Shown piece by piece: positions 9,661 through 18,716 of a stretch of DNA of 64,000 bases. Position 1 is the first letter of the stretch, and each line of letters begins with the position of its first letter. A program made the translations under genes and the position numbers. This DNA is from an uncultured Gammaproteobacteria bacterium (GTDB taxonomy: Bacteria > Patescibacteriota > Patescibacteriia > UBA11705 > DATKZF01), in the NCBI GenBank assembly GCA_964411255.1, contig CAYPKD010000005.1, positions 109,631-173,630 of the forward strand, in the 5' to 3' direction. The notes under the pieces are model-generated. The model was given only the letters and a program-made list of their open reading frames with translations. It ran no database searches and was not told where the DNA came from.

Positions 9661-9700
9661 AGAGCGCTGATGAAAATTCTTCAGCGCTCTTAAATTTTAA
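9661..9700. terminator. Bidirectional hairpin terminator (agagcgctga...tcagcgctct)
   Basis: 10-bp stem flanked by an A-run (5') and a T-rich tract (3'); on the minus strand it is followed by T8. Confidence 0.5.
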
Positions 9701-9740
9701 ATAAAAGTATTTCTTTGGATATATTTTTAGTCTTTTCAAA

Positions 9741-9889
9741 ACAGGCCAAGGCCTGCGTTAGGCTTTGCAATGTTGGCTTGCGCCAAGTTACTTTTTGGCA
9801 CCAAAAAGTAACCAAAAAGTGCTGGGGGGCTTCAAATGCGAAGCATTGATTACGTTTGATGATCTTGCCAGGGGCAATCAGCCCCCCAG
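9741..9889. repeat. Structured GC-rich non-coding segment in three parts
   Basis: (i) A 47-nt repeat at 9741-9787 is also present at 61111-61157. (ii) A perfect 12-bp hairpin GTTACTTTTTGG/CCAAAAAGTAAC sits at 9787-9812. (iii) A cloverleaf-like element at 9822-9889 is closed by a 9-bp stem ctggggggc/gccccccag and contains internal hairpins gcttc..gaagc and ttgcc..ggcaa. No canonical tRNA T-loop is present. Confidence 0.4.
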
Positions 9890-10005
9890 ACCCCCGATTC
9901 TTTCAAAGATAAAAAGTTCTGATTGTTGAGGCTCTTGTTTCGTAACTTTCGTATTGCCTAGAATAATTGAACCCATCGTCCTATGAGATTATTGGTAATC
10001 GAAAA

Positions 10006-10545
10006 TTATATAAAAGTTAGAATCTCTTCAATTGCCAGCTCAATAATTTTTTTTAATTTCTTTTTTTCTAAAATCGTGAAATTCCGTAAAACAAAACTTG
10101 TGACATCGCCCATTTTTTTTCTTTCTGGTCTGGCAATGCCAATCCGAAGTCTCCAAAAATCTTTTGAGCCCAATTGATTTATAATTGAATCAATACCTCT
10201 ATGGCCAGCTGATGATTTTTCTCTTTGCAATTTGTATTTGCCAAGTAAAATATCAATATCATCGTGGATTACCAGTAAATTTTTTAAATCAATTTTATAA
10301 TATTCAGCCAGCTTGCTTACTGTTTCACCAGATTTGTTCATAAAAGTCTGAGGTTTAGCTAAAATGATTGTTTGGTCGTTGATTTTTGCTTTTGAAATCC
10401 TGCTCTGGCTTTTTTTATCATCTTTCCAATTTGAAAAGTCTGCTTCTTTTTTTTGAAGCTTATCCAAAGTCATAAAGCCAACATTGTGTCTGGTGTTTTT
10501 ATATACTGTTCCTGGATTTCCCAGACCGATTATTAATTTAGTCAT
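10006..10545 (-). CDS. pth: Peptidyl-tRNA hydrolase
   Basis: MTKLIIGLGNPG...TRHNVGF signature N-terminus of Pth. Confidence 0.95.
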   Translation of the reverse strand: MTKLIIGLGNPGTVYKNTRHNVGFMTLDKLQKKEADFSNWKDDKKSQSRISKAKINDQTIILAKPQTFMNKSGETVSKLAEYYKIDLKNLLVIHDDIDILLGKYKLQREKSSAGHRGIDSIINQLGSKDFWRLRIGIARPERKKMGDVTSFVLRNFTILEKKKLKKIIELAIEEILTFI

Positions 10546-10678
10546 ATATTTTAATGATTATTAGTTATTGGTCCTGGCTGCCGGTTTGGTCTAAGGTTAT
10601 TTGTTTTTCCAATGACTAAAAACAAATGACTATACTGGCTGCTATTCCCAACGACTAATGACTATAAACTTATTTATT

Positions 10679-12058
10679 TTATTTTTTTGGTTTTTGTCTT
10701 TTTTCTAAAACTATTTTTAATCCGCTTAGATTCAAATCAAATTCTTTTTTCAGGTGATTTAATAAAAATCTTCTGTATTCAAAGCTTACTCTTTTTGGAT
10801 CATCAACTATTAAAGCAAAAGTTGGTGGATTAATACCCACCTGATTTATTTCATAAATAAAAGGTCTTTTAGCAAATTTTGATTTTGCTCGTGGTGGCTG
10901 TTTTTTTATCATCTTTTTAAAAAACCTATTTAAATCTTTTTGTAAAACAATTCTTTTTCTTTCCTCAATTTGCTCAGTAATCATTTCAAGTAGTTTAGGT
11001 ACCTTAAACCCTGACTTTGATGAAATGAATAATATAGGCATGTCTTTTAAATAGGGTAGATTTGCCTTATAATATTTAACATATTTATCCTGGGTTTTTA
11101 AATCTTTTTCCGGGATTAAATCCCATTTGTTTGCAATAATAATATAGCTTGAATGATGCTCTGAAATTAACTTTGTTAAACTTTTATCCTGAGTTGATAT
11201 TTTTTTTGAGCAATCAGTGATAAATAAAACCAGATCAGTTTCTTTTATTGTTTCCAGACTTTGCCTAATGCCTTGCCGTTCAAGCTGGCCTTTTACTTTA
11301 TTTTTTTTCCTAACTCCAGCAGTGTCAATGAATTCCAAATTATATTTTTTTCCTTTTTTTGATGTGTATTCAATTTCAATCAGCTGGCGGTCTCTGGTTG
11401 TGTGGGGTTTTTCACTGACAATAACTCTTTCTTCTCCAGCAATAGCATTTAAAAGCGACGATTTACCAACATTTGGTTTTCCAATCAGGCCAATGGTGGT
11501 TTTTTCACTTTGTTCTTTAATTTGCTGCTGCTTTTTCTTGGTCAGATTGAGTTTGTTCCAAACGATGTCCAGTAGATCACCAGTACCTCGGCCATTGGCA
11601 GCGGAAACCGGTATTGGCTCGCCTAGGCCTAATTTGTAAAAATCAGGCAGATTTGGGTCGTATTTTATTGAGTCGGATTTGTTGGCTACTAAGATGATGT
11701 TTTTTTTATTCTTAATCCTTAATTTTTTTACAAGTTTTCGGTCATTAGCTAAAATCCCTGCTTGAGCATCAACTAAAAATAAAATCAAATCAGCTTGCTT
11801 AATCGCTTTTTCTGCTTGGCTGAGTGACTGCTTATCAATTAGGTCTGGATCCTGGACATCCAGTCCGGCTATATCAACTACAGTAATGTATTGTCCTCGC
11901 CAAAGACATTCGCCATATTGGCGGTCGCGGGTTGTACCTTCGACATCTGATACTATTGCTTGTTTTGTTTCGGTTAAGGTATTGAATAAAGTTGATTTAC
12001 CTGTATTAACCCTGCCGACCAGCACCACGATTGGATTTTCTTTTTTTATTCTGGACAT
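10679..12058 (-). CDS. der: Ribosome-associated GTPase Der (EngA), two tandem GTPase domains plus KH-like domain
   Basis: Two P-loops (GRVNTGKSTLFN and GKPNVGKSSLLN), DTAG switch motifs, C-terminal KH-like region. Confidence 0.95.
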   Translation of the reverse strand: MSRIKKENPIVVLVGRVNTGKSTLFNTLTETKQAIVSDVEGTTRDRQYGECLWRGQYITVVDIAGLDVQDPDLIDKQSLSQAEKAIKQADLILFLVDAQAGILANDRKLVKKLRIKNKKNIILVANKSDSIKYDPNLPDFYKLGLGEPIPVSAANGRGTGDLLDIVWNKLNLTKKKQQQIKEQSEKTTIGLIGKPNVGKSSLLNAIAGEERVIVSEKPHTTRDRQLIEIEYTSKKGKKYNLEFIDTAGVRKKNKVKGQLERQGIRQSLETIKETDLVLFITDCSKKISTQDKSLTKLISEHHSSYIIIANKWDLIPEKDLKTQDKYVKYYKANLPYLKDMPILFISSKSGFKVPKLLEMITEQIEERKRIVLQKDLNRFFKKMIKKQPPRAKSKFAKRPFIYEINQVGINPPTFALIVDDPKRVSFEYRRFLLNHLKKEFDLNLSGLKIVLEKRQKPKK

Positions 12059-12216
12059 AGTATTAAGAGGTTTAAGAGGGAGTTAGAAGGCGAAAGAGGT
12101 GAGATAGGAAAAGAGGTAAAGAAGGCTTTTCCAATATCCCACTGCTCATATCCTGATTCACATCCACCAATTAACAACCAACATCCTTTTTTTATTATAC
12201 CTTGCTGTGGCAAAAT

Positions 12217-12240
12217 AAAAAAGGCCTTTAAGCCTTTTAT
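12217..12240 (-). terminator. Intrinsic terminator (aaaaggc/gcctttt stem) downstream of the LCP gene
   Basis: 7-bp stem, 6-nt loop, flanked by A/T runs (bidirectional). Confidence 0.55.
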
Positions 12241-12275
12241 TATAATTATTTTTTTAAAAAAGTCAATAATGATGA

Positions 12276-13676
12276 TTAGATATTTGAGCTATCCTGACCT
12301 AATATTATGTAAAAATCAGTTGATGGATTGGCCACTTTTTCTACCCAATCTGGAATGTCATTTGAAACATCAACATTGAATACGCTTTTTAGCACCTCAT
12401 TGGTTTCATCTTTATTTCCGTCAGTCAGATCGTAAATCACACTTTTATCATAATCCTGAGTCGGCGCATTGCCGATTTTTATAACTTCATAACCTAGGTT
12501 TTCCAGCTTTTCTGAAGTGCGTCCAGCCAGGCCGTTTGTTTTTGTACCGTTTTTTATTTCAATTTTGGCAGTTTCTTTTGTTTCAATTGTCTGTTCCTGT
12601 AAAAATATGTTATGAACAGCAAATTGAATATCTGAGAAATCTTCTTCTTTTGGCATCAGAACAGAGGCTTCCCCGTATTTTGTTCCGTATAGCAGTCCAT
12701 TAGGTCCGTCTTCCAAAACCAGGGTGATCATATTTTCAGTATCTAATTCCTGGGTTAGTTTTGCCAGGTGAACAATTTCCCAAATTTCCAAATTGGTGGA
12801 AGAGTTTTCGCTAAAGTTATTTAAAATTTTAGATATTTTTTTCGGACTTAAAAATGTTTTATATGATAAAGTTTTTTCCCTTACTGCCTTTATGATTTGT
12901 TGCTGTCTTTTGCTTCTGGCAAAGTCGCCAGATTCCCAATTATTGCCGTGTCTTGACCTTGCGTATTTTAAAGCATCATCACCATCCATTTTTTGTAATC
13001 CTTCGTCAAAATGCACTACCTGGTATTTATAATTTGGCGCTGGATATTCATAATCTGTAAAGGTCCTTTCGACATAGACTTCAATCCCGCCAATATCGTC
13101 AACAAAACTTTCAAAACCGTCAAAATCAATCTGGACAAAATAAGGAATTTCCATGTTTAAAATATTGGAAACAGTCTGGGTGGCAAAAATACCTCCAGTA
13201 CCGGAAGACCTGGCCTCAGCAAAGGCATACGCATTATTTATTTTGCCTTTACCAAATCCTGGTAATGTAACTAAAAGATCTCGAGGAATAGAAATCAAAG
13301 CTACTTTTTTTGCAGAAGGCTTAATACTTGCTACCATGATCGTATCTGTTAGATTTGCGCCGTCATGCCCATAGCCTCCGTTACCTAACAACAATATATT
13401 AATTCGATCTTCATCTTCTCCCTGTAATTGATTCTCATGCCCTTTTAGCAATTGCCCCATGTTTTTGAAAAATTTAAAACCAGCAAAGTCTGTTTTACCT
13501 CCGTCGGAGAAAATTACCTGGAATGAAAAGACAGCTGCAATGGTAATTAATATAATAAATAAGTAAATTATAAACTTACTTACTTTAAATATTTTTTTCC
13601 CCTTTGGTTGGAGATTGTCCTCTTTGCTTAACAAATTTATTTTGATTGCCGGATCTAGATGTGAATTTTTACTCAT
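12276..13676 (-). CDS. LytR-CpsA-Psr (LCP) family cell-envelope phosphotransferase
   Basis: N-terminal TM; LCP core INILLLG...ANLTDTIMVASI...ALISIPRDL; C-terminal LytR_C-like extension. Confidence 0.9.
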   Translation of the reverse strand: MSKNSHLDPAIKINLLSKEDNLQPKGKKIFKVSKFIIYLFIILITIAAVFSFQVIFSDGGKTDFAGFKFFKNMGQLLKGHENQLQGEDEDRINILLLGNGGYGHDGANLTDTIMVASIKPSAKKVALISIPRDLLVTLPGFGKGKINNAYAFAEARSSGTGGIFATQTVSNILNMEIPYFVQIDFDGFESFVDDIGGIEVYVERTFTDYEYPAPNYKYQVVHFDEGLQKMDGDDALKYARSRHGNNWESGDFARSKRQQQIIKAVREKTLSYKTFLSPKKISKILNNFSENSSTNLEIWEIVHLAKLTQELDTENMITLVLEDGPNGLLYGTKYGEASVLMPKEEDFSDIQFAVHNIFLQEQTIETKETAKIEIKNGTKTNGLAGRTSEKLENLGYEVIKIGNAPTQDYDKSVIYDLTDGNKDETNEVLKSVFNVDVSNDIPDWVEKVANPSTDFYIILGQDSSNI

Positions 13677-13808
13677 ATAAAGGATGCTTCATGGAATTAT
13701 TATAAGAGAAAAATTGTGATTTGGCAACTGTGAGTAATTTTATATTTGCTTTTACAGATATTTGATGATATAATAAAAATCAATAAATTTAGAAAAAATT
13801 GTAAAATT

Positions 13809-14423
13809 ATGACGAAAACAGTCGATAAAGACCCTTATCTAGCAAATAAAACAAAATCTAGACAAATTTTTGAATTTCTTTGGGATTTAGTAAAAGTAAT
13901 ATGTATCTCATTGGCAATAATTATTCCAGTTAGATATTTTTTAATACAGCCTTTTTATGTAAAGGGTGCATCAATGGAGCCAAACCTTCAGGATCATGAA
14001 TATTTAATTATAAATGAAGTTGGTTATCGGCTGGATGATCCTCAGAGAGGGGATGTAGTGGTTTTTAAATATCCATTGGATCAGTCGCAATTTTTTATTA
14101 AAAGAATTATCGGTCTGCCTGGTGAAAAAATTGAAATTAAAGACGGCATGGTATATTTATATGCAGAAGATGAAACAGGCAATGCCAGAAAATATGTTTT
14201 AGACGAGACTGATTATCTTGATCCGTCAGTAAAAACCCACGGTATAAAAACTTATTCATTGGGTAATGACGAGTATTTTATGTTAGGCGATAATCGATCC
14301 CAAAGTTTGGATTCACGTTCTTTTGGCCCTGTCTATGAGGATTTAATTATGGGAAAGGTTTGGTTTAGAGGCTGGCCGTTTAGTAAGTTTGATATTTTTG
14401 ATCAAATTGATTACGGCTTTTAA
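13809..14423 (+). CDS. lepB: Signal peptidase I
   Basis: N-terminal TM; catalytic Ser box GASMEPNL; VVFKYP; GDNRSQSLDSR box. ATG at 13809 is preferred over the upstream TTG of the ORF track. Confidence 0.9.
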   Translation: MTKTVDKDPYLANKTKSRQIFEFLWDLVKVICISLAIIIPVRYFLIQPFYVKGASMEPNLQDHEYLIINEVGYRLDDPQRGDVVVFKYPLDQSQFFIKRIIGLPGEKIEIKDGMVYLYAEDETGNARKYVLDETDYLDPSVKTHGIKTYSLGNDEYFMLGDNRSQSLDSRSFGPVYEDLIMGKVWFRGWPFSKFDIFDQIDYGF

Positions 14424-14442
14424 CTTTTAACTTTATTAATAT

Positions 14443-15759
14443 ATGCCACGACGAAAAAAATCAGACGAACCAGCAATAAAAATTAAAACAATAAAAACAC
14501 CGCAACTTGTTCGCGGAATGAAAGATTTATTGCCTGTTGATCAAAAGTATTGGAATTTTGTCCGGGATCATTTACGTGCTTTCGCTTCTGATTATAGTTA
14601 TAAAAGGGTTGATACTCCGGTTTTAGAAAATTCTATTTTGTTTTCCCATGCAGTTGGCAAACAGACTGACATTGTTGAAAAAGAAATGTTTGTATTTACT
14701 GATAAGGGCGGTGATAAATTAGTTTTAAAGCCAGAGGGCACTGCAGCAATTGCCAGAGCGTATATTGGTCATGGGATGCTAAATTTACCCCAGCCGGTAA
14801 AGCTTTATTATATGGCTCCGATGTTTCGACATGAAAGGCCTCAGGCTGGCAGACTTAGACAGTTTCATCAAATAGGCTTTGAAATAGTTGGCGATGCTGC
14901 ACCGGCTATTGACGCTGAACTGATCTCAATAGCATCCAGTTATTTTGAAGATATTGGAATTGAAATAAATGTGCAAATAAACAGCATTGGAGATTTATCC
15001 AGCCGTGATCAATATAAAAAAGCATTGGTTAATTATTATAAAAATAAAAAGGCATCATTATGTGCTGATTGTAAAAAAAGATTGCTTAAAAATCCACTTC
15101 GAGTTTTAGATTGTAAAAATCCTAAGTGCGCTAAGCTTAAGGAAAATGCGCCACAGACAGTAGATTATTTAAGCGATGATTCACGTAATCATTTTTTCAG
15201 AACATTGGAATATTTAGATGAATTACAAATACCTTATAACCTAAATCCATTTTTAGTCCGCGGGTTGGATTATTACAATAATACAGTTTTTGAAATTTGG
15301 GAAAAAGATGATGAAACCGGTCAATCAGCTCTTGGCGGAGGCGGCCGATATGATTATTTACTGGAGATGCTTGGCGGAAGGCCGACTCCTGCATGTGGCT
15401 TTGCCTTAGGGGTTGAAAGAATTATTACTACGATAAAAGAAAAGAAAGTAGAAGTGCCGGAAGATCCAAAACCCGATGTTTTTTTAGCTCAGATCGGGGA
15501 ACAAGCCAGAAGACGGGCAATGCACTTTTTTAAAGAGCTTAGAAATTCTGGGCTGAGAGTAGCTGCAAATTTTTCAAAAGCAAGTCTAAAAGCGCAATTA
15601 GACATCGCAAATAAAATGGGAGCCAGTTTTGTCTTGATTTTAGGCCAGCGCGAAATCGTAGATGAGACAATTTTAATGCGAGATATGGAAAGTGGTATTC
15701 AGGAAGTTGTAAATTATAAAAAAGTTATAAAAGAAGTTAAGAAAAAGCTTGGCAAATAG
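14443..15759 (+). CDS. hisS: Histidyl-tRNA synthetase
   Basis: Class II motifs (MFRHERPQAGRLRQFHQIGFE; GGGRYD) and anticodon-binding C-terminus. Confidence 0.95.
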   Translation: MPRRKKSDEPAIKIKTIKTPQLVRGMKDLLPVDQKYWNFVRDHLRAFASDYSYKRVDTPVLENSILFSHAVGKQTDIVEKEMFVFTDKGGDKLVLKPEGTAAIARAYIGHGMLNLPQPVKLYYMAPMFRHERPQAGRLRQFHQIGFEIVGDAAPAIDAELISIASSYFEDIGIEINVQINSIGDLSSRDQYKKALVNYYKNKKASLCADCKKRLLKNPLRVLDCKNPKCAKLKENAPQTVDYLSDDSRNHFFRTLEYLDELQIPYNLNPFLVRGLDYYNNTVFEIWEKDDETGQSALGGGGRYDYLLEMLGGRPTPACGFALGVERIITTIKEKKVEVPEDPKPDVFLAQIGEQARRRAMHFFKELRNSGLRVAANFSKASLKAQLDIANKMGASFVLILGQREIVDETILMRDMESGIQEVVNYKKVIKEVKKKLGK

Positions 15760-15834
15760 CATTTGACAGACATAATAATTTAAACTAAACTTGATTAGGT
15801 AAATAATAAATTAAAGAAAGGACGGTGAATTGAA

Positions 15835-16080
15835 ATGGCCGAGGTAAGAAGAAAAAAAGGCGAGAGTTTTGAATCTTTTATAAGGCGATTCAATCGAAAA
15901 TTAATGGAAAGCGGCAAAATACTTCAATTTAAAAAGGTTAAGTATTTGCAGCCGAAGAAAAGTAGAAATTTAGGAAAGAAGAGCGCATTGGTAAAACTGT
16001 CAAAACAAAAGCAAAGGGAATATTTAAAAAAAATAGGCCGTTTGCCAGAAGACGATACGCCATACCGGCGGCGTAGATAA
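15835..16080 (+). CDS. rpsU: 30S ribosomal protein S21
   Basis: MAEVRRKKGESFESFIRRFNRKLMESGKI...KPK/KSR basic tail typical of S21. Confidence 0.8.
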   Translation: MAEVRRKKGESFESFIRRFNRKLMESGKILQFKKVKYLQPKKSRNLGKKSALVKLSKQKQREYLKKIGRLPEDDTPYRRRR

Positions 16081-16084
16081 ATAC

Positions 16085-16525
16085 ATGTCAATAAAAGAAA
16101 AAATTGAAAAAGACTTTTTAGAAGCAGCACGCGCAAAAGATAAAGTGCGTTTAGCTACTTTAAGGCTGATAAAATCTTCTCTGGAAAATAAAAGAATTGA
16201 AAAAATGAAAGATTTAACAGATGAAGATTCAATGGCTGTATTAAAAACTGAAGCTAAAAAAAGAAAGGAAGCTATCGAGTCATTTGAATCTGGTGGGCGA
16301 GAAGAAATGGCAAAAGCAGAAAAAGCCGAACTTGTCATAATTGAAGGCTATTTGCCAGAACAAATGTCAGAAGAAGAAGTTGAAAAAAAGATAAGAGAAG
16401 TAGTTGAAAAAATACCAGAGGAAGAAAGAGATTTTGGAAAAGTAATGGGAATGGCAATGAAGGAGTTGAAAGGACAAGCAGATGGACAAATAGTAAATCA
16501 AATTGTAAAAAAAATACTTGAATAA
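16085..16525 (+). CDS. yqeY: GatB/YqeY domain protein
   Basis: MSIKEKIEKDFLEAARAKDKVRLATLRLIKS... matches the YqeY family throughout; followed by terminator cggcc-taag-ggccg plus T-run (16527-16555). Confidence 0.85.
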   Translation: MSIKEKIEKDFLEAARAKDKVRLATLRLIKSSLENKRIEKMKDLTDEDSMAVLKTEAKKRKEAIESFESGGREEMAKAEKAELVIIEGYLPEQMSEEEVEKKIREVVEKIPEEERDFGKVMGMAMKELKGQADGQIVNQIVKKILE

Positions 16526-16736
16526 AAAAACGGCCTAAGGGCCGTTTTTTTAAAAGCAAAAAGTAAAAAGGAAAAAGCAAAAAATACCCTGAGGATAACT
16601 TAGGCTATTTTTTTTGAATAAATGTCAAAAATATTGTAAAATATGTATTAAGAAGGCATAAGATGGCTTAAGGGGGCAAAGGAGACATAGAGGTAAAGAA
16701 GGCTTCTCCAATGATCAATATTTTTATATATTGAAA

Positions 16737-16791
16737 ATCTTGTATATCTTGTAATCTGTACTATCTTGTATGTAAACCTCGTAATCTTGTA
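16737..16791 (+). promoter_or_regulatory. Array of five direct ATCTTGTA repeats (9-10 bp phasing) about 15-65 bp upstream of the first giant surface-protein gene
   Basis: Copies at 16737, 16746, 16755 (degenerate), 16763 and 16784; a possible -35 TTGAAA at 16731. Confidence 0.4.
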
Positions 16792-16803
16792 ACAAAAATT
16801 TAA

Positions 16804-18690
16804 ATGAACAAAAAGGCAAAAATTTTAAAGACTGCTTTATTTTTAGGTATTGTCATCATGGCAATAGGTTTTTTAGTACCTGATTTATGTTTTGCCCAGG
16901 AAGAAGCGTTAACGGTTGTTGGTGAAGAAGCAGGGGTTGAGACAGGTGAGCCGCTCCCAGTATTGATTGGCAAAATAATCCGAATATTCCTTTCAATTTT
17001 AGGAGTGGTTTTTTTATTGATTTTTATTTATGCTGGCTATCTTTGGATGACAGCTGGCGGTGAGGCAGAAAAAGTTGAAAAAGCAAAAAAATGGATGACC
17101 AATGCAGTGATTGGATTAGTTATTTGTTTGTTTGCTTTTTCCATAGTTACGTTCATTATAAATCGTTTAATGGAAGAAGTATTTGAACAACCTGCGCCAT
17201 CATATTATGCCGGATATGGCAGCGGAGGATCAGGCTATGGCGGTGGCGCTTTGGGAAATGGCGTAATTGAAGACCATTATCCGCCAAGAGATGCGAAGAA
17301 TATGCCGAGAAATGTTTTTATTATGGTTAAATTTTATGAGCCGCTAAAGATTGAGAGCGTAATGGATAATGCAGAATCCTGCGGTGATTTAGGTGATCAA
17401 TGGTGTGGAGGCATAAATTATGCAAACATTCGAATTTTTAAAACTGAAGATGCTGAAGAAGATGGTGCGCCACCATCAGATGTTAATAAATTAGTAACTA
17501 AAGGAGAGATGGGATTAACTGCTGATAAAAAGATATTTTTCTTTAGACCCTTCTGTACACCAGATGATACTTCAGAATGTTTAGGCAGTTCAACCACTGA
17601 GACTGATTATAGTGTTTATTTAACATCAGGCATTCAGGGTGAAGATGGTAGCGGTATTTTTGGAGAATTTAATGATTATGCATGGATTTTTGAAGTTGGC
17701 ACCTATCTTGATTTAACTCCGCCAAAAGTTACCAGTGTATATCCAATGCCGCCTGAAAATGATCCTAATCAGGAATTTTTTGCTAATTCAATAATCCAGA
17801 TTAATTTTAATGAAGCAGTGCTGCCGCCATCAGTTACCACTACTAGCGGTGAATCGCCAGATAAAAATAATTCTATTTACATTGCTTATGATAAAGAGAT
17901 TGAGGAAAAATTTGTGGCCGGTACATTTAATGTTGGTTTAAATCAGTTTAAGACTATTGAATTTGTTCCATTAGAAGATTGTGGAGAGGGAATTACAAAT
18001 TCCTGCGGTGAAACTCCAAAATGTTTGCCTCGAAATTCGGCAATTGAACCATATTTAAAATCAGCCAGTGTAAATAGTGAAGGATTAACTAATTTTCCGT
18101 TCAACGGCTTAGTTGATACAGCCGGAAATTCACTGGATGGAAATGAAGACGGCGTTGCTCAAGGGCCGACTGAAGATGATTATACCTGGCTTTTTAGAAC
18201 AAGCGCAGATTTAGATTTGATACCTCCAGCAATTTTAAATGATGTCAATGCATTACGGCCTACTTTAGCTGAAGGTGAAGTTCAGCCTGATGCACAAGTA
18301 GCTGCATTTTTTACTGAGGGATTGAGTGCTAGCTATGTAAATAGCAAAACAGCAGGCATAACCGGTGATAATTGGGCAAAATGGTATGTTTCTCATTTAC
18401 TAAATGAAATTGTTGATGTTGATGAAAACGGACAGGAATATACTGAAACAAATAATACAGCAATTGACATAACTCATGGTGATTTTGATAAAGCGCCTGA
18501 ACCTCCTCCTGGAGAGCCGGAAAATCCTTTTAAATATTATCCGACTATGACTTCAGCCATTAGAGATTTACAGCAAAATTGTTTTTATCCTGCTTCTGGA
18601 CCTGGCTGTACTGATACTTCAGGCTCTTGCTGCCCTGATGAAGCTGGAACGCAGGGAGCAACGACTGATCCATCTTGCGGTTACTATTAA
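16804..18690 (+). CDS. Large secreted/membrane-anchored surface protein (628 aa), N-terminal module shared with 18717-ORF
   Basis: Signal peptide, then two hydrophobic helices separated by the conserved loop WMTAGGEAEKVEKAKKW (VirB2/TrbC-pilin-like topology), then a Cys-containing extracellular region. Confidence 0.7.
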   Translation: MNKKAKILKTALFLGIVIMAIGFLVPDLCFAQEEALTVVGEEAGVETGEPLPVLIGKIIRIFLSILGVVFLLIFIYAGYLWMTAGGEAEKVEKAKKWMTNAVIGLVICLFAFSIVTFIINRLMEEVFEQPAPSYYAGYGSGGSGYGGGALGNGVIEDHYPPRDAKNMPRNVFIMVKFYEPLKIESVMDNAESCGDLGDQWCGGINYANIRIFKTEDAEEDGAPPSDVNKLVTKGEMGLTADKKIFFFRPFCTPDDTSECLGSSTTETDYSVYLTSGIQGEDGSGIFGEFNDYAWIFEVGTYLDLTPPKVTSVYPMPPENDPNQEFFANSIIQINFNEAVLPPSVTTTSGESPDKNNSIYIAYDKEIEEKFVAGTFNVGLNQFKTIEFVPLEDCGEGITNSCGETPKCLPRNSAIEPYLKSASVNSEGLTNFPFNGLVDTAGNSLDGNEDGVAQGPTEDDYTWLFRTSADLDLIPPAILNDVNALRPTLAEGEVQPDAQVAAFFTEGLSASYVNSKTAGITGDNWAKWYVSHLLNEIVDVDENGQEYTETNNTAIDITHGDFDKAPEPPPGEPENPFKYYPTMTSAIRDLQQNCFYPASGPGCTDTSGSCCPDEAGTQGATTDPSCGYY

Positions 18691-18716
18691 ATAAAAACCA
18701 AAATAAAATATAAATA

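Noticed and set aside
8210-9900. tRNA, tmRNA or RNase P genes in the GC-rich non-coding patches
   Set aside because: I found no canonical T-loop (GTTCRANYC) with an acceptor-stem arrangement, no tmRNA tag-peptide reading frame (…ALAA-stop) with tRNA-like ends, and no RNase P CR-I/CR-V consensus by eye. The regions are reported as unclassified ncRNA candidates instead.
13746-13808. Upstream TTG start for lepB given in the ORF track
   Set aside because: The first 21 codons (LLLQIFDDIIKINKFRKNCKI) lie in the promoter-like AT-rich spacer. The ATG at 13809 begins the conserved signal-anchor.
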